Source: Leptolyngbyaceae cyanobacterium (lineage in GTDB: Bacteria; Cyanobacteriota; Cyanobacteriia; Phormidesmidales; Phormidesmidaceae). Taken from it: 64,000 nucleotides of DNA. The position numbers and the translations under genes are program-made. The notes under the pieces are model-generated. The model worked only from the letters and a program-made list of their open reading frames with translations. It did not search any database and was not told the DNA's origin. This document shows positions 62,858-64,000 of the stretch, in pieces. Every line of letters starts with the position of its first letter. The stretch's first letter is position 1. The stretch is taken from assembly GCA_050331235.1 (NCBI GenBank), contig JBHJHA010000015.1, positions 1 through 64,000 of the forward strand. Reading direction: 5' to 3'.

Positions 62858-63196
62858 AGGTCGACTCCAATCACGGGACAACAGACGGTCAATTTTGACT
62901 CACTACTTCAGCTCCGTTTGATTTGATGAGGTGTGGGATTTTCTAAATGTTCTGAATGTGAGGCTGGTCTCATTTTACGCCCTGCGAGCGGCCTTGCCGG
63001 GGAAGGCGATCTCAGGAAATTTTCAGTTAACTAAGCTAGCGTTGGGACGTTTACCGTGGCTGTCTGGACCTACTAAACTTTGTTAGGCTGCAGCCAATCG
63101 CCCGCTGGGCAGGGTTCGCCATTGCCCGAGCCGCTCGGCGCATCAGCTCGTCCGCGATCGCCATTTAAAGCTCAATGTTTTTCAACTTGATTGTCC

Positions 63197-63976
63197 ATGA
63201 GTAATTCTTCCCCCGACGCCCCTCAATCTGCCGAATCCTCTGCTCAACCCCGCTCAAAGAACTGGCCAATTTGGCTGGGAGTAGGCTTTTTTGGCGCCGT
63301 TGGCATTGCGCTGATTATTTCTTTATGGGGCTTGTTTAATAGCAGTGACGAGTCGCCAGTGGGTGATGCTGTCCCCACCGAAACAGCAGCCGTAGAGCCC
63401 CCAGCGGATTTGCGGGCGCACCAGGCCTTGGTTAGCGAAGCGGTCGAAGACTTAGGTCGAGAGATTTTAGTGGGCGAGTCGCCCACCAAGGGCAACCCAG
63501 AGGCTGAGATCGTTCTGCTAGAGTTCTCCGATTTTCAATGTCCGTACTGTAGTCAGGCCACCCCAGAGGTTGACGCCTTTGTCGCGGCCCATGCAAACGA
63601 TGTCCTGTTAGTGTTCAAGCATTTTCCGCTGACGAGCATTCACCCAGAAGCGCTTCCTGCAGCTTTGGCGGCCTGGGCGGCTGGCCAGCAGGAGCAGTTT
63701 TGGGCCTTTCACGATGCGCTGTTTGCTAACCAAACGGATTTGAGCGAAGACTTATATCTGGAAATTGCCGCTGATCTTGGATTGGACATTGAGCAGTTCA
63801 ACCGCGATCGCGATAGTGAGGCGGCTAAACAGGCAGTTGCCCGCGACCTCGCCTTGGCTCAGGAACTGCAACTGCGAAGCACGCCGACCTTTGTTATGGA
63901 TGATTTGCTGATCCCAGGCGCTGTACCGCAGGACTTTTTTGCTGAAGCCCTACGCCGATTGCAAGCAGCCCGGTAG
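63197..63976 (+). CDS. DsbA-family thioredoxin-fold protein, membrane anchored
   Basis: EFSDFQCPYC, KHFPL..IH, STPTF. Confidence 0.9.
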   Translation: MSNSSPDAPQSAESSAQPRSKNWPIWLGVGFFGAVGIALIISLWGLFNSSDESPVGDAVPTETAAVEPPADLRAHQALVSEAVEDLGREILVGESPTKGNPEAEIVLLEFSDFQCPYCSQATPEVDAFVAAHANDVLLVFKHFPLTSIHPEALPAALAAWAAGQQEQFWAFHDALFANQTDLSEDLYLEIAADLGLDIEQFNRDRDSEAAKQAVARDLALAQELQLRSTPTFVMDDLLIPGAVPQDFFAEALRRLQAAR

Positions 63977-64000
63977 CCCCTGCTGGGTCAGCCGCCCGGG

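Overview
Chromosomal window from a filamentous cyanobacterium, inferred from dense HIP1 GCGATCGC octamers, OpcA, CpcD-FNR, CRR7 and a TftA-like amidase. Most of it is core metabolism: pgsA, ntcB-cnaT, gltA-sixA-DHH, purU, a Gld-type ABC operon, two MscS genes, fbp-zwf-opcA, prk/petH, hom and prmC. An accessory block at 38.5-50 kb holds Ppx, four DUF202 (VTC transmembrane-type) genes including one fused to a BASS-type transporter through an Arg-heptad stalk, an exported FGE, an AraC regulator, an exported sulfatase and a membrane-fused SpeE-like protein. Non-coding highlights are a yybP-ykoY Mn riboswitch with a readable translational switch, a DnaA-box cluster beside an AT-rich tract with no dnaA/dnaN in view, and two NemR-type TetR operators. 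zwf is split by an in-frame amber codon and a serine protease is frameshifted. Two proteins look like pseudo-enzymes (PlsY-PPDK fusion, degenerate HD-GYP). All family calls come from motif recognition by eye; no database searches were run.
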